Source: a virus
Reading direction: 5' to 3' (one strand)
Virus record (IMG/VR): IMGVR_UViG_3300038405_000273
DNA length: 64,000 nucleotides
Shown here piece after piece: positions 54,914-63,841 of the stretch (the stretch's first letter is position 1; every line of letters starts with the position of its first letter). A model generated the notes under the pieces. It was not told where the DNA came from and did not search any database. It saw only the letters and a program-made list of their open reading frames with translations. The translations under genes and the position numbers were made by a program.

Positions 54914-56074
54914 CTACGCGACGCCCGCGGCGACCAGGATGGGGTGGAGCTTTTCGAGCGCGGGCCGCGCGGCCGAGGCGATCTTCTTGTCGAGGAGCGG
55001 GGCGATCTTGTGCTGGATCAGCGTGCGGGCCGCGGGGATGGCGACGTCGGCCGTGTCCTTGACCGTCTGCCCGATCAGCTCCCAGCAGCGGGCGGCGCGG
55101 TCGATGCGGTTGGGGCACGCCTCGGGGATGACGAGCGCCGCGCAGGCGGAGAGCGTCGCGAGCGTGCGGTCCAGGCGGCGCTCGTCGTGCTGGAACTTGA
55201 CCTTGCCGTCCAGGACGTCGGCCGGGTTCGGCAGGTCGGCGAGCGCGAACCAGGCGCGGAACTCGGACACCCAGCCTTGCCCGACGAAGCCCGAGAGCAT
55301 CTCGTCGGTGTCGATCTCGTTGAGGCCGTGCACCATCGACGAGGCGAGCGCGACTGCGGTGTACTCGACCGAGCGGCGGGACGGCCACGAGCGCGACGAG
55401 GCGGCCGACGCCTTGTCCGGGCGCTTGTGGAGCAGCTCGGGGCGGCGGTGGATGAAGCCGCCGATGAGCCCGCGGGCGGAAGCGTCAGCTCCCGGCCACG
55501 CCGCCATGACGCGGGCCTCCTCGACCATCGGGTCGATCGGGGTGACCGTCTCACCGGTGCCGAAGCCGCCGAGGAACGCTTCCACCCACGCGTTGCTGTC
55601 GAGCCCTTCGAAGTCGTAGTGGCCGAACCGGTTGGCGAGCGCGGGAGCGAGGTCCCAGCCGCCGGCGGCGTCCTTCACCTCGTTGGCGGCGCCGATGACG
55701 CGGGTGCGAGGCCCGAGCTGGTGGGAGCCAATGGTGCGGAGCTGCACGAGGCCGAGGAGCGGCGCTTGGAGCATGGGGGCGGCGGTCGAGATCTCGTCCA
55801 CGAAGAGCAGGCCACCGCTCGCGAACTTCTTCGCCCAGTCCGGGGCGGGGTAGTACAGGAAGCCATCCGCGGCGGGTACTGGAACAACCCCGAAGGCACC
55901 CTCACCGCGCTCGGCCGGAGAGATGCGCTCGTAGGGCAGACCCAGCGTGCGCGCGAGCATCTTGATGAGCGCGGTTTTCCCGACGCCGGGCTCAGACCAA
56001 AGAATCGAGGGGAGCCCCCAGAAACCTTCGGGTCCGGGGCAGAAGAGAAGAGCGTGCAGGATTCGAGCGTTCAT
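54914..56074 (-). CDS. MoxR/dynein-related AAA+ ATPase
   Basis: SEPGVGKT, LLFVDEI, APALANRF, SRRS; AGGAG RBS before MNARIL. Confidence 0.9.
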   Translation of the reverse strand: MNARILHALLFCPGPEGFWGLPSILWSEPGVGKTALIKMLARTLGLPYERISPAERGEGAFGVVPVPAADGFLYYPAPDWAKKFASGGLLFVDEISTAAPMLQAPLLGLVQLRTIGSHQLGPRTRVIGAANEVKDAAGGWDLAPALANRFGHYDFEGLDSNAWVEAFLGGFGTGETVTPIDPMVEEARVMAAWPGADASARGLIGGFIHRRPELLHKRPDKASAASSRSWPSRRSVEYTAVALASSMVHGLNEIDTDEMLSGFVGQGWVSEFRAWFALADLPNPADVLDGKVKFQHDERRLDRTLATLSACAALVIPEACPNRIDRAARCWELIGQTVKDTADVAIPAARTLIQHKIAPLLDKKIASAARPALEKLHPILVAAGVA

Positions 56075-56111
56075 GGTCGTTGGCTCCTGTTCGAGGTTGG
56101 CGAAGCGTACA

Positions 56112-56126
56112 GCCAGCAATCTAGCA
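56112..56126 (-). promoter_or_regulatory. Repeated promoter motif TGCTAGATTGCTGGC
   Basis: Exact copy upstream of the AAA+ gene. Confidence 0.75.
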
Positions 56127-56301
56127 TATGGCGATCCAGCGTGGCAAGCCTCGTCCTATAAGGAGTTACGAGCCGCCAGTTCGTGCCAAGGTGCAGCAAG
56201 TGTGGCGAGCTGGGGGTAACACTGTGCCCATCCTGCCACAGCCCGAGTTCTCGCTGGGCGCGAATCTCGCGAGTTCTTCGCTCCGCGTTTGGCATACTGC
56301 C

Positions 56302-56316
56302 TGCTAGATTGCTGGC
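56302..56316 (+). promoter_or_regulatory. Repeated promoter motif TGCTAGATTGCTGGC
   Basis: Exact copy followed by AC-ATG; divergent from the 56112 copy. Confidence 0.75.
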
Positions 56317-56318
56317 AC

Positions 56319-56879
56319 ATGAACAAATCACGCATTCTCTGGCGGCACCGGTCAACCCACTCCAACAACAAGCTCCGGTACGAGCGGTTCCTGTCGCAGC
56401 ATCCTGGCCTCTACGAGGCGCTGATGCTCGAACACCGCATCTCGCACGACCTCGACGCCAAGCTCATGTCGTTCGGGTCGCTGTCGGACGCCCAGATCGC
56501 GCTGGCGTTCAAGCTGGCCGCCGACGCGTGGTGCCCTGCGCGCCCGGCCGAGACCAACGTCCCGGCGCCGGTGGGCCGGCAGACGATCCGCGGCACGGTC
56601 GTCTCGATCAAGGACCACGAGGGCAACTTCGGGCCCTCGTGGAAGATGACGGTCAAGGTCACCACCGCGACTGGCACGTGGCTCTGCTGGGGCACCGTGC
56701 CGCGCAGCCTCATGGCGGAGGCGCGCGAGCGCACCTACCAGACGGACGCGCCTAGCGGCTCGACCGTCGACATCGTCAAGGGGGCCGAGGTGGAGTTCAC
56801 CGCGACCCTCAAGCGCGGACGCGACGCGCACTTCGCTCTCTTCTCTCGCCCGACCGGCGCCCAGCTCGTTGCGGCGTAG
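56319..56879 (+). CDS. Hypothetical protein with OB-fold-like C-terminus
   Basis: ATG directly after the motif; GSLSDAQIA, GRQTIRGTVVSIK. Confidence 0.75.
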   Translation: MNKSRILWRHRSTHSNNKLRYERFLSQHPGLYEALMLEHRISHDLDAKLMSFGSLSDAQIALAFKLAADAWCPARPAETNVPAPVGRQTIRGTVVSIKDHEGNFGPSWKMTVKVTTATGTWLCWGTVPRSLMAEARERTYQTDAPSGSTVDIVKGAEVEFTATLKRGRDAHFALFSRPTGAQLVAA

Positions 56880-56910
56880 GTTCCACTTCTCCAACGCGAA
56901 AGGACACCCC

Positions 56911-57813
56911 ATGACCAACCCCGACAAGAACTACGTCATCACTCCCGAAGCCGCGCAGACGGCCGGCGCCGTCTCGTACTGGCGCGCCGCGGGATCCATC
57001 TCGATCAAGGCACTCCACGATGCGTGGGTCGCCGCCGGGCTGGACCCCGCGCTCATCCGCAAGGCGCCCGAGCCCGAGACAGCGCTTCGGCGCGCCGTGC
57101 TCGACCTCGCCGAGCGCAAGCACGTCAGCGACACGACGGAAGTGCGCGTGCTCATCCGCCCCTGCAAGGAGCAGCACGAGTGGGCCGTAGTCGAGGAGAC
57201 AGCCGTGAAAGGCAAGGCGCCGACCTACCGCACGGTCGCCATCGTGCGGTTCGCCGCCGGGCAGCCAGCGGTCGCCGACGTGAGCGCTACCGCGCAGGAG
57301 CACGACTCCATCCTCGCGCGCATCGCTAACGGCTTCACTGCTCAGCAGGGCCTCTTCGACCCCGCCGACATCACCGGCTGGCTCGTGAAGCTCGCCTACG
57401 CCAACGGCGCTGTCACCCTGCGCGACTCAGGCGGCGTGTACTTCATCCCGCGCAGCGCCACCGAATTCTGGACCAAGGCCGCCAACGTGATCGAGACGGT
57501 CTCTGGTCAGGCGCATCGCATCTTCCGCATCCCCGCCATGAAGAACACCGAAGCAGTCGAGGCCATCATCGCGGCCGTCACCACCGAGGCCGAGCAGGTC
57601 GCCACCGAGATCGACGCGGAGGTCGCCAAGGGCGTGGGCCCGCGAGCCCTCGAAGCGCGCAAGGCGGCCGCTGACGCGCTCCTCGCCAAGGTCGCCTCGT
57701 ACGAGGAGCTGGTCGGGCAGCAGATCGCGGTCCGCGAGCGCGTCGAGGCGCTCCGGGCGTCGCTGGCGCAGGTCGCGCTCGCGGCGATGTTCTCGTCCGA
57801 GGCGGCGGCGTAG
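56911..57813 (+). CDS. Conserved phage protein (DUF6744-like)
   Basis: AAGGA RBS; GAVSYW, LRRAV, GGVYFIP motifs; C-terminal coiled coil. Confidence 0.75.
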   Translation: MTNPDKNYVITPEAAQTAGAVSYWRAAGSISIKALHDAWVAAGLDPALIRKAPEPETALRRAVLDLAERKHVSDTTEVRVLIRPCKEQHEWAVVEETAVKGKAPTYRTVAIVRFAAGQPAVADVSATAQEHDSILARIANGFTAQQGLFDPADITGWLVKLAYANGAVTLRDSGGVYFIPRSATEFWTKAANVIETVSGQAHRIFRIPAMKNTEAVEAIIAAVTTEAEQVATEIDAEVAKGVGPRALEARKAAADALLAKVASYEELVGQQIAVRERVEALRASLAQVALAAMFSSEAAA

Positions 57814-57815
57814 TC

Positions 57816-58226
57816 ATGGCCACGCGTCGGATCAACGACCAAACGCGGCTCGGCGAGCTGTCCCCGCTGTTCACGCGGCTCAAAGCCACGATGCGCGTGA
57901 GCGCGAAAGACAACGTCTTCGAGGTGGTGATCGCCACGCCGGGCGGGCACGCGCGCTTCGTCGACGTGGCGCTCGCTGGCGCAATCGACGGGGCGGTGGG
58001 CTTGCTCCGCTATCAAGCTGCGCGCACCGAGCACACGCCGGCTCCGCAACCTGTACATGAGGCGCTGCCCGAGCAAGAGGCCGCCCCCGAGCTGCCAATG
58101 CCAGCCGAAGACGCGCCGGAGCCCGACCCGGACGGCTGCCACGTCGGCCCTGCGCCGTTGCCGGATCGCACAGGGACGCGCATCGGCCCCGTGCCCGCGC
58201 CGGACGTCGACGAGGCTGCGTCGTGA
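57816..58226 (+). CDS. Hypothetical protein with Pro/Glu tail
   Basis: 136 aa co-oriented ORF. Confidence 0.65.
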   Translation: MATRRINDQTRLGELSPLFTRLKATMRVSAKDNVFEVVIATPGGHARFVDVALAGAIDGAVGLLRYQAARTEHTPAPQPVHEALPEQEAAPELPMPAEDAPEPDPDGCHVGPAPLPDRTGTRIGPVPAPDVDEAAS

Positions 58227-58444
58227 TCGCGTTCCTGTCGACGCCGCTCGGTCTCCTCGTGCTGACGCTGGCGATCATCGCGGGGACGCTGTTCCTGGGC
58301 GAGACCTTGCGGATCGTGGCGCGGCTCGCACTCGTCGGGCTGATCGTCGGCGCGGTCCTGTATTTTCTGGGCTGGCGCCCCGTCGTCGAGCTGGTGGACG
58401 GGGCGCCGGTACAGGCGGCAAGGCTGGCAAGGAGGCTACCGTGA
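58223..58444 (+). CDS. Small membrane protein
   Basis: Two hydrophobic helices; GTGA coupling. Confidence 0.7.
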   Translation: MIAFLSTPLGLLVLTLAIIAGTLFLGETLRIVARLALVGLIVGAVLYFLGWRPVVELVDGAPVQAARLARRLP

Positions 58445-59070
58445 TGCGCTACGGAATCTTGCTCGGTGTCGCAGTCGGCCTTATCGGCTGCGGGGCCGTG
58501 GACGCCAAAAACAGCGACGCCGCGACGGACGGGGTAGCAGCAGGTACAGGCGGCGCGGAAGCAGGCGCGGCCGGCGGGAGCGGAGGCGAAGCGCTTTCTG
58601 CCGGCGGGCGCTCAGGCAACGCCGGTGTGGAAGCAGGGGCAGGAAGCGGTGGCGCCCCCGATCCCGGTCGTCCGCTCGGCGCGGGCTGCACAACCAACGC
58701 GCAGTGTGGCTCGCACATCTGTGACGACGCGACACAGGCGTGCTGCGACAAACGCCCGAGCGACACATGCGGCGCGTGCATCGGCGGGTACTTCACGCCG
58801 AAGCCTGACGGTACGAGCTGCGGTGCGCTATCGTGCGGGGGCCCTCGCGTGATGGTGCCAGGCGAGCCGACGCCATCCCCGACCGTCGCGACCGTACGTG
58901 CGTGCCAAGCGGGAGCATGTGTCGAGCAGATGATCGACTGCGAAAAGCCGTTCACGTGCAGCGATGGCAAGACGTACGACTTCGGCGCAGCAGGGCTGTG
59001 TGACGAAGTGGATGGCTGCGCGCGGGTCAGCCCGTCGTACGAGAACTGCTTGCGCCCGGCCGCGCAGTGA
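58444..59070 (+). CDS. Cys-rich lipoprotein with Gly/Ala linker
   Basis: TGATG coupling; lipobox LIGC; GTGG/AGGSGG linker; about 16 Cys including GCTTNAQCGSHIC. Confidence 0.8.
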   Translation: MRYGILLGVAVGLIGCGAVDAKNSDAATDGVAAGTGGAEAGAAGGSGGEALSAGGRSGNAGVEAGAGSGGAPDPGRPLGAGCTTNAQCGSHICDDATQACCDKRPSDTCGACIGGYFTPKPDGTSCGALSCGGPRVMVPGEPTPSPTVATVRACQAGACVEQMIDCEKPFTCSDGKTYDFGAAGLCDEVDGCARVSPSYENCLRPAAQ

Positions 59071-59074
59071 ACGC

Positions 59075-59962
59075 TTACACGCCTCGAACCGGGTAGCTCC
59101 GCAATCGGTGCGCCAGCTCTACAGCTGGACGCGCCGATTCGATCGTGTAGCCGAGCCCGCGCAGCGTTTGCTCGTACAGCCGTGTGTGCAGCTCGTTGAA
59201 GCCATCGCTGAACAGCACGTCTTCGCCATCGACGGTCATCTTTCGGCACGGCTCGTCCCCATCGATCGACAAGAACCAGCGACAGAAAGCGCGCTCCAAG
59301 TGTAGCGTGCCGCTCACGGCCGTTGACGTGCGCAGCGTAATCGCCATCTTGTCGACTCGCCCGAAGACCCACAGCAAAGCGTCGAACAGGTGGATCCCGA
59401 TATTCGTGACCAAGCCGCCGCTCCGTTCAGGATCTCCTTTCCACGAGTGTTGGTACCACGGACCCCGCGGCGTGACGTAGCGGACCTCGACCTCGTGGTG
59501 TCCGGCTTTTGACATGATCCGCGAGCGCAGATTCGCGAGCGCGGGCAAGAGCCGCAGCTGCAGGACCGTATAGACGTGTCGCCCTGTGCGGCGCTCTTCT
59601 TCGGCGAGCGCGTCAAGATTCCACGGAGATAGCGTGAGCGGTTTCTCGCAGATGACGTTCGCGCCGGCGCGGAGCCCAAGCCGCGAGTGCACATCGTGCA
59701 AGTGGTTCGGCGAGCACACACTGAGCCAGTCGATGCCGTTGCCGATCCGACGCAGTAGATCGAGGTGCCGCTCGAACCGCTCGGGCTCGACGAAGAACTC
59801 TGTGCTCCGGTTGAACCGGTCGAGCACCCCCACGGCATCGTGCGGGTCGAGCGCGGCGACCAGCTCGCCGTTCACATCTCGGATCGCCTGCATGTGCCGA
59901 GGGGCGACGAAGCCTGCGGCTCCGGTGAGGGCGAAACGCGGCGTCGACGGGGGCACGCTCAT
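59075..59962 (-). CDS. wbpB: Gfo/Idh/MocA oxidoreductase, WbpB/WlbA-like UDP-GlcNAcA 3-dehydrogenase
   Basis: GAAGFVAPRH, SPNHLH, VICEKP, SWKG...SGGLVTNIGIHLFD. Confidence 0.85.
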   Translation of the reverse strand: MSVPPSTPRFALTGAAGFVAPRHMQAIRDVNGELVAALDPHDAVGVLDRFNRSTEFFVEPERFERHLDLLRRIGNGIDWLSVCSPNHLHDVHSRLGLRAGANVICEKPLTLSPWNLDALAEEERRTGRHVYTVLQLRLLPALANLRSRIMSKAGHHEVEVRYVTPRGPWYQHSWKGDPERSGGLVTNIGIHLFDALLWVFGRVDKMAITLRTSTAVSGTLHLERAFCRWFLSIDGDEPCRKMTVDGEDVLFSDGFNELHTRLYEQTLRGLGYTIESARPAVELAHRLRSYPVRGV

Positions 59963-60003
59963 CAGGATATCGCAAAGTGCCTTTGCTTCGCTATTGACCC
60001 CGC

Positions 60004-60018
60004 GCCAGCAACCTAGCA
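60004..60018 (-). promoter_or_regulatory. Repeated promoter motif TGCTAGGTTGCTGGC
   Basis: One mismatch to consensus; upstream of the WbpB-like gene. Confidence 0.65.
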
Positions 60019-60101
60019 GTATTCGTCTCGCGCGCGACGGTCGGGGAACAGGTCCTTCGTCCTTTCAACCTTGGGGCTTGGCCGTCGCGCGCATTTAGCT
60101 C

Positions 60102-62216
60102 ATGAGAATCGTCGTTCTCGATTCCGCTGTCGTCCCGGGCGTAACGACCGGACCGGGCTCCCCTGCGTACTTCTCGCGCTTCCTCGTCGAGCACCTGCGC
60201 GAAGCTGGCCACGAAGTCGAGATACACGCCGAGTTCGACGCCGGCATTTGCACCGAAGCCGATCTCGTCTGGAGTGAATGGGTCAACGAGCCCGCCTACG
60301 AAGCGGCCGCATCGGGCGTGTGCAAGCGGCTTGTGCTCAGGATGCGCGGGTACGACGCCTTCGGTCCGCTCGGCAAGCTAGAGTGGCAGAACGTCGATGC
60401 GCTCGTGTACGAGAGCCCGTTCTTGAAACAGCTCGTAGAAGAACAATTCAAGGGGCTCAAGTCGTTCCCGTCGCATGTCATTCCGAGTGGCATCGACGTC
60501 GCGCATATCCCATTCAAGGAACGAGGGCACGGCTTGAACGTGGCGATGGTCGCGCGAGGCGTCGCCGATAAAGGATTCCAGCTCGCGTGGGTGTGGGCGC
60601 GATCCCGGCCCGCCGTGCGCTTGCATGCCGCGCTCGCGATGCCCGAACCGCGGCTCCTCCGCTACTTGCAGGAGACGAAGCCGGACAACGTGACGATGTA
60701 TCCACAGGTGGACACGGTGAAGTGGCTCGACGAGATCGACGCCAACTATTTGCTGTCCGCGTCGAACTGGGAGTCGCTCGGGTACACGATCGCCGAAGCG
60801 ATGGCGATGGGAATCAAGCCGCTCGTGCACGCTACGCCGGGGTCCGTTGTGAACTGGCCCATACCCGTACAGCAATGGATATCTTTCGCGGGGCTTGATG
60901 TGCTCGCGCACGGTATGCGGGTTTCGAAATACGACTACGCTTCGCGCGCGTATCGCGCCTTCGTCGAAGAGCGTCTCGACGCCGCGAAACAGTCGAAGAA
61001 GTTCGCCGAACTCGCGCTCAGCATTCCCGCGCGCCCTGCCCGTGCGCGCTCTAGCTACACCAGCACGATGCTGCTTACCGTTGCCATGAATGCGCTCGGC
61101 GGCGCCGATCTTGCGCAGGCCGATCAGCTCGTGACGCGCTTTCGTGAAATCACGCCGGCGACGCCCGCATTCGTCGATCATCGAAGCGGCCTCGCGTTGC
61201 TCCTTGCAGCACGCTACTACGCCGCGGACGATCTGGCGCACGCCAAGGCGTGGGCCTTGCGGTCGATGCTTGAAGGACCGCGCGCGAACGCGTTAGCTCT
61301 GCTCGGTGAGATCGCCGCCGAAGAGGGCGACTTCGCCGGGGCCGAACGCTGGTACGTGCTTGCAGCCAACGCACGGCACGTGCCGTCCCGCTACGATCAG
61401 CCGACCGTCACGCAGGAGATCGGCGCACGCTGGGCAGACGTACGAAAAGAACTGGCGCCATTGAGCTGGTACGGGAAAGGCAGCGAGTATCCGAAGCGGT
61501 TCTTGGTCGTCGTGGCCACGCGAAACGCTGAGCAGTACATCGATGAGTGCCTACAGTCCATCAGCAAGGCCGACTTCACACCGTTCCACTGCGTGGTAGT
61601 CGACGACAACTCGACCGACAACACGTACGCGCTTGTGGCGAAGCGCGCGCTCGCCTCGGATCGCTTCACCACGCTCCGGCGGGCTGACCGCCGCGGGTCC
61701 CTCTACAACATCGTCCACGCCATCCGAGAGAACGGCCGACCGGGCGACGTCATTGTGATTCTCGACGGCGACGACCAGCTGTTGCCTCCAGCGCTGAACG
61801 TGATCGCGACCGAATATCGTGCTGGCGCGTGGCTCACCTACGGCAACTTCAAGACGACCTCGGGCAAGCTGAGCTGGATGCCACCCTACCCGCGCGACGT
61901 GCTCAACGACGGTCGTGTGCGCGAGTACCCCTGGCAAGTGTCGCACCCGAAGACGTTCCGCTACGAGCTGTTTCAGCACCTCACCGATGCCGACTTCACC
62001 GAAGACGGGAAGTGGTTCATGACGGCCGGGGATGTCGCGCTCATGCTGCCGATGCTGGAGCTGGCCGGGGAGCGCGCCGTCTACATCCCGACGCCGATCT
62101 ACGTCTACAACGACCAGAGCCCAGCGAACGACCACCGAGTCGATCCCGACGGGCAGGTACGCGTCCGCGATCTCATTTATGCTCGCCCGCCGAAGTGCCG
62201 ACTCAAGGAGTTGTGA
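60102..62216 (+). CDS. GT4-like glycosyltransferase + TPR + GT2 glycosyltransferase fusion
   Basis: SNWESLGYTIAEAMAMG (GT-B signature), TPR-like helices, VVDDNSTD and ILDGDD (GT-A). Confidence 0.88.
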   Translation: MRIVVLDSAVVPGVTTGPGSPAYFSRFLVEHLREAGHEVEIHAEFDAGICTEADLVWSEWVNEPAYEAAASGVCKRLVLRMRGYDAFGPLGKLEWQNVDALVYESPFLKQLVEEQFKGLKSFPSHVIPSGIDVAHIPFKERGHGLNVAMVARGVADKGFQLAWVWARSRPAVRLHAALAMPEPRLLRYLQETKPDNVTMYPQVDTVKWLDEIDANYLLSASNWESLGYTIAEAMAMGIKPLVHATPGSVVNWPIPVQQWISFAGLDVLAHGMRVSKYDYASRAYRAFVEERLDAAKQSKKFAELALSIPARPARARSSYTSTMLLTVAMNALGGADLAQADQLVTRFREITPATPAFVDHRSGLALLLAARYYAADDLAHAKAWALRSMLEGPRANALALLGEIAAEEGDFAGAERWYVLAANARHVPSRYDQPTVTQEIGARWADVRKELAPLSWYGKGSEYPKRFLVVVATRNAEQYIDECLQSISKADFTPFHCVVVDDNSTDNTYALVAKRALASDRFTTLRRADRRGSLYNIVHAIRENGRPGDVIVILDGDDQLLPPALNVIATEYRAGAWLTYGNFKTTSGKLSWMPPYPRDVLNDGRVREYPWQVSHPKTFRYELFQHLTDADFTEDGKWFMTAGDVALMLPMLELAGERAVYIPTPIYVYNDQSPANDHRVDPDGQVRVRDLIYARPPKCRLKEL

Positions 62217-62317
62217 CGGTGAAGGAAGCGCTAATCACGCTTGCAGCGTTCGCCTTTGTCGGGGCGGTCATTGGGGTTGCCGGTGGCGTGCTGTTCGGAT
62301 GGGTGCTCGGTCGATGA
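62213..62317 (+). CDS. Tiny membrane peptide
   Basis: GTGA coupling; 34 aa, hydrophobic. Confidence 0.45.
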   Translation: MTVKEALITLAAFAFVGAVIGVAGGVLFGWVLGR

Positions 62318-62406
62318 CCTACTGGCACGTGTCGACGCTAGTGTGTGGCTGCGTTAGCCTTTGGCTCGTGATCAGCAACGTCATCGAGGTTTCACGGCGC
62401 CGATGA
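62314..62406 (+). CDS. Tiny membrane peptide
   Basis: ATGA coupling at both ends; 30 aa, hydrophobic. Confidence 0.45.
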   Translation: MTYWHVSTLVCGCVSLWLVISNVIEVSRRR

Positions 62407-63296
62407 GCACGACCCTCATCGTCTTCTCGAAGGACCGCGCGATGCAGCTCGACTCACTGCTGCGATCGGTGAGGGACCACTGCATGGGGATCGACCGCGT
62501 GGCAGTTGTGGCGCGGACGTCGAGCGATCTGCATAGATCGGCGTACTTGGCGCTCGCGAAGCACTTCGACGACGTAGATTGCATCCTCGAAGACACGGCC
62601 GGCCTTGGCTTGGCTTTGAGCTGCGCTGTCGGGGCAGGCGCGGTAAAGCCGCACGGCGAGCCAGAAGCACAAGTGACAAGGTTTCCATTACACGATCATC
62701 TCGCTTTCGCCGTCGACGACATGCTGTTCTATCGCCCGTCCGACTATCGCTTCGCTGTGCGCGCCCTTGAAGCTGCCGACGGGTTCGTCTGGTCGTGGCG
62801 ACTGGGACATCCGTGGCCAGCGCATGACCCGTATTGGGTGCGCGCGCCGTGGCTGCCACATGCGGACTACGGCTACCTCTTCCACACCGACGGTTCGCTG
62901 TACCGCACGAACGAATGGACGTGCCTTCTCGATCGCTGCTTCCCCGCCTGGACCACAATGCAGTGCACGCCCAACGATATTGAAGGCACGGTCGCAGCGC
63001 GAAAGGCCGAGTGGATAGCCGATGCTGGACCGCACCTCGGACCGCCACAGCCGACTTGCATCACGTGGCAGGTGAATCGCGTGCAGACGAAGTACGGCTC
63101 GCCAGCAGCCGAGATTCCGGAGACGCACATCGACGTGCTCGCGGCTGCGTATCTTGCAGGGAAACGCGTCGATAACGAGCGGCTCTACACGCGGCTGCAA
63201 AGAGACGCGCTGAGCTTCAACCCGCCGGGAACGCGGCCGACGCACATCTATGCTTGCGAGGAGGCGTCGCGGTTCTACGCAAGCACGATCCGATGA
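62403..63296 (+). CDS. GT-A fold glycosyltransferase-like protein
   Basis: LIVFSKDRAMQL...LLRS, FAVDD, YLFHTDGSLY. Confidence 0.8.
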   Translation: MSTTLIVFSKDRAMQLDSLLRSVRDHCMGIDRVAVVARTSSDLHRSAYLALAKHFDDVDCILEDTAGLGLALSCAVGAGAVKPHGEPEAQVTRFPLHDHLAFAVDDMLFYRPSDYRFAVRALEAADGFVWSWRLGHPWPAHDPYWVRAPWLPHADYGYLFHTDGSLYRTNEWTCLLDRCFPAWTTMQCTPNDIEGTVAARKAEWIADAGPHLGPPQPTCITWQVNRVQTKYGSPAAEIPETHIDVLAAAYLAGKRVDNERLYTRLQRDALSFNPPGTRPTHIYACEEASRFYASTIR

Positions 63297-63841
63297 AGTT
63301 CACCGAGGATTGGTTCACCGTACACATCCCGACCTGGGAGAAGTACGTGCTGCCTCGGTTGAGAAACCATCCTGCGCGCATGGTCGAAATCGGCTCGTTC
63401 GAGGGGCGGGCAGCCGTGTGGCTCTTGCAGAACGCGCTCACGGAGCCAACGGATGTTCTCGTCTGCATCGACCTGTTCACGAGTCACGAAGGGCACGACG
63501 ACTACGAGAAGACATTCGATGCAAACCTGCGCGAGCTAGCACCGCGCGCACAAGTTCACAAGATGCGCGCCCCGTCGCGCGACGCCTTGCCGACGCTGTT
63601 GCCCACCTTCGACGGCGTCTACATCGACGGCTCCCACGCGACTATCGACGTGCTCCGCGACGCCGTGCTGGCGTTCGATATCGTGAAGCCCGGCGGCTTT
63701 ATCCTATTCGACGACTACGACTATGCGCCTGACCCCGATCACGTCGTGAGTGACGCCGTCGACCACTTCGTTTCGGTGTACTATCGGTGCCTCAAGACGG
63801 TTTTCTCCACGCGTCAGTACATGGTCGAGCGCATCAGATGA
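63293..63841 (+). CDS. Class I SAM methyltransferase (Methyltransf_24-like)
   Basis: VEIGSFEG, YIDGSH, VKPGGFILFDDY. Confidence 0.9.
   Translation: MKFTEDWFTVHIPTWEKYVLPRLRNHPARMVEIGSFEGRAAVWLLQNALTEPTDVLVCIDLFTSHEGHDDYEKTFDANLRELAPRAQVHKMRAPSRDALPTLLPTFDGVYIDGSHATIDVLRDAVLAFDIVKPGGFILFDDYDYAPDPDHVVSDAVDHFVSVYYRCLKTVFSTRQYMVERIR

Noticed and set aside
56183-56300. Small CxxC ORF (MPRCSKCGELGVTLCPSC) between the divergent promoters
   Set aside because: Runs through the promoter motif and overlaps the better-supported 56319 gene; the SD is too distant; unresolved but weak
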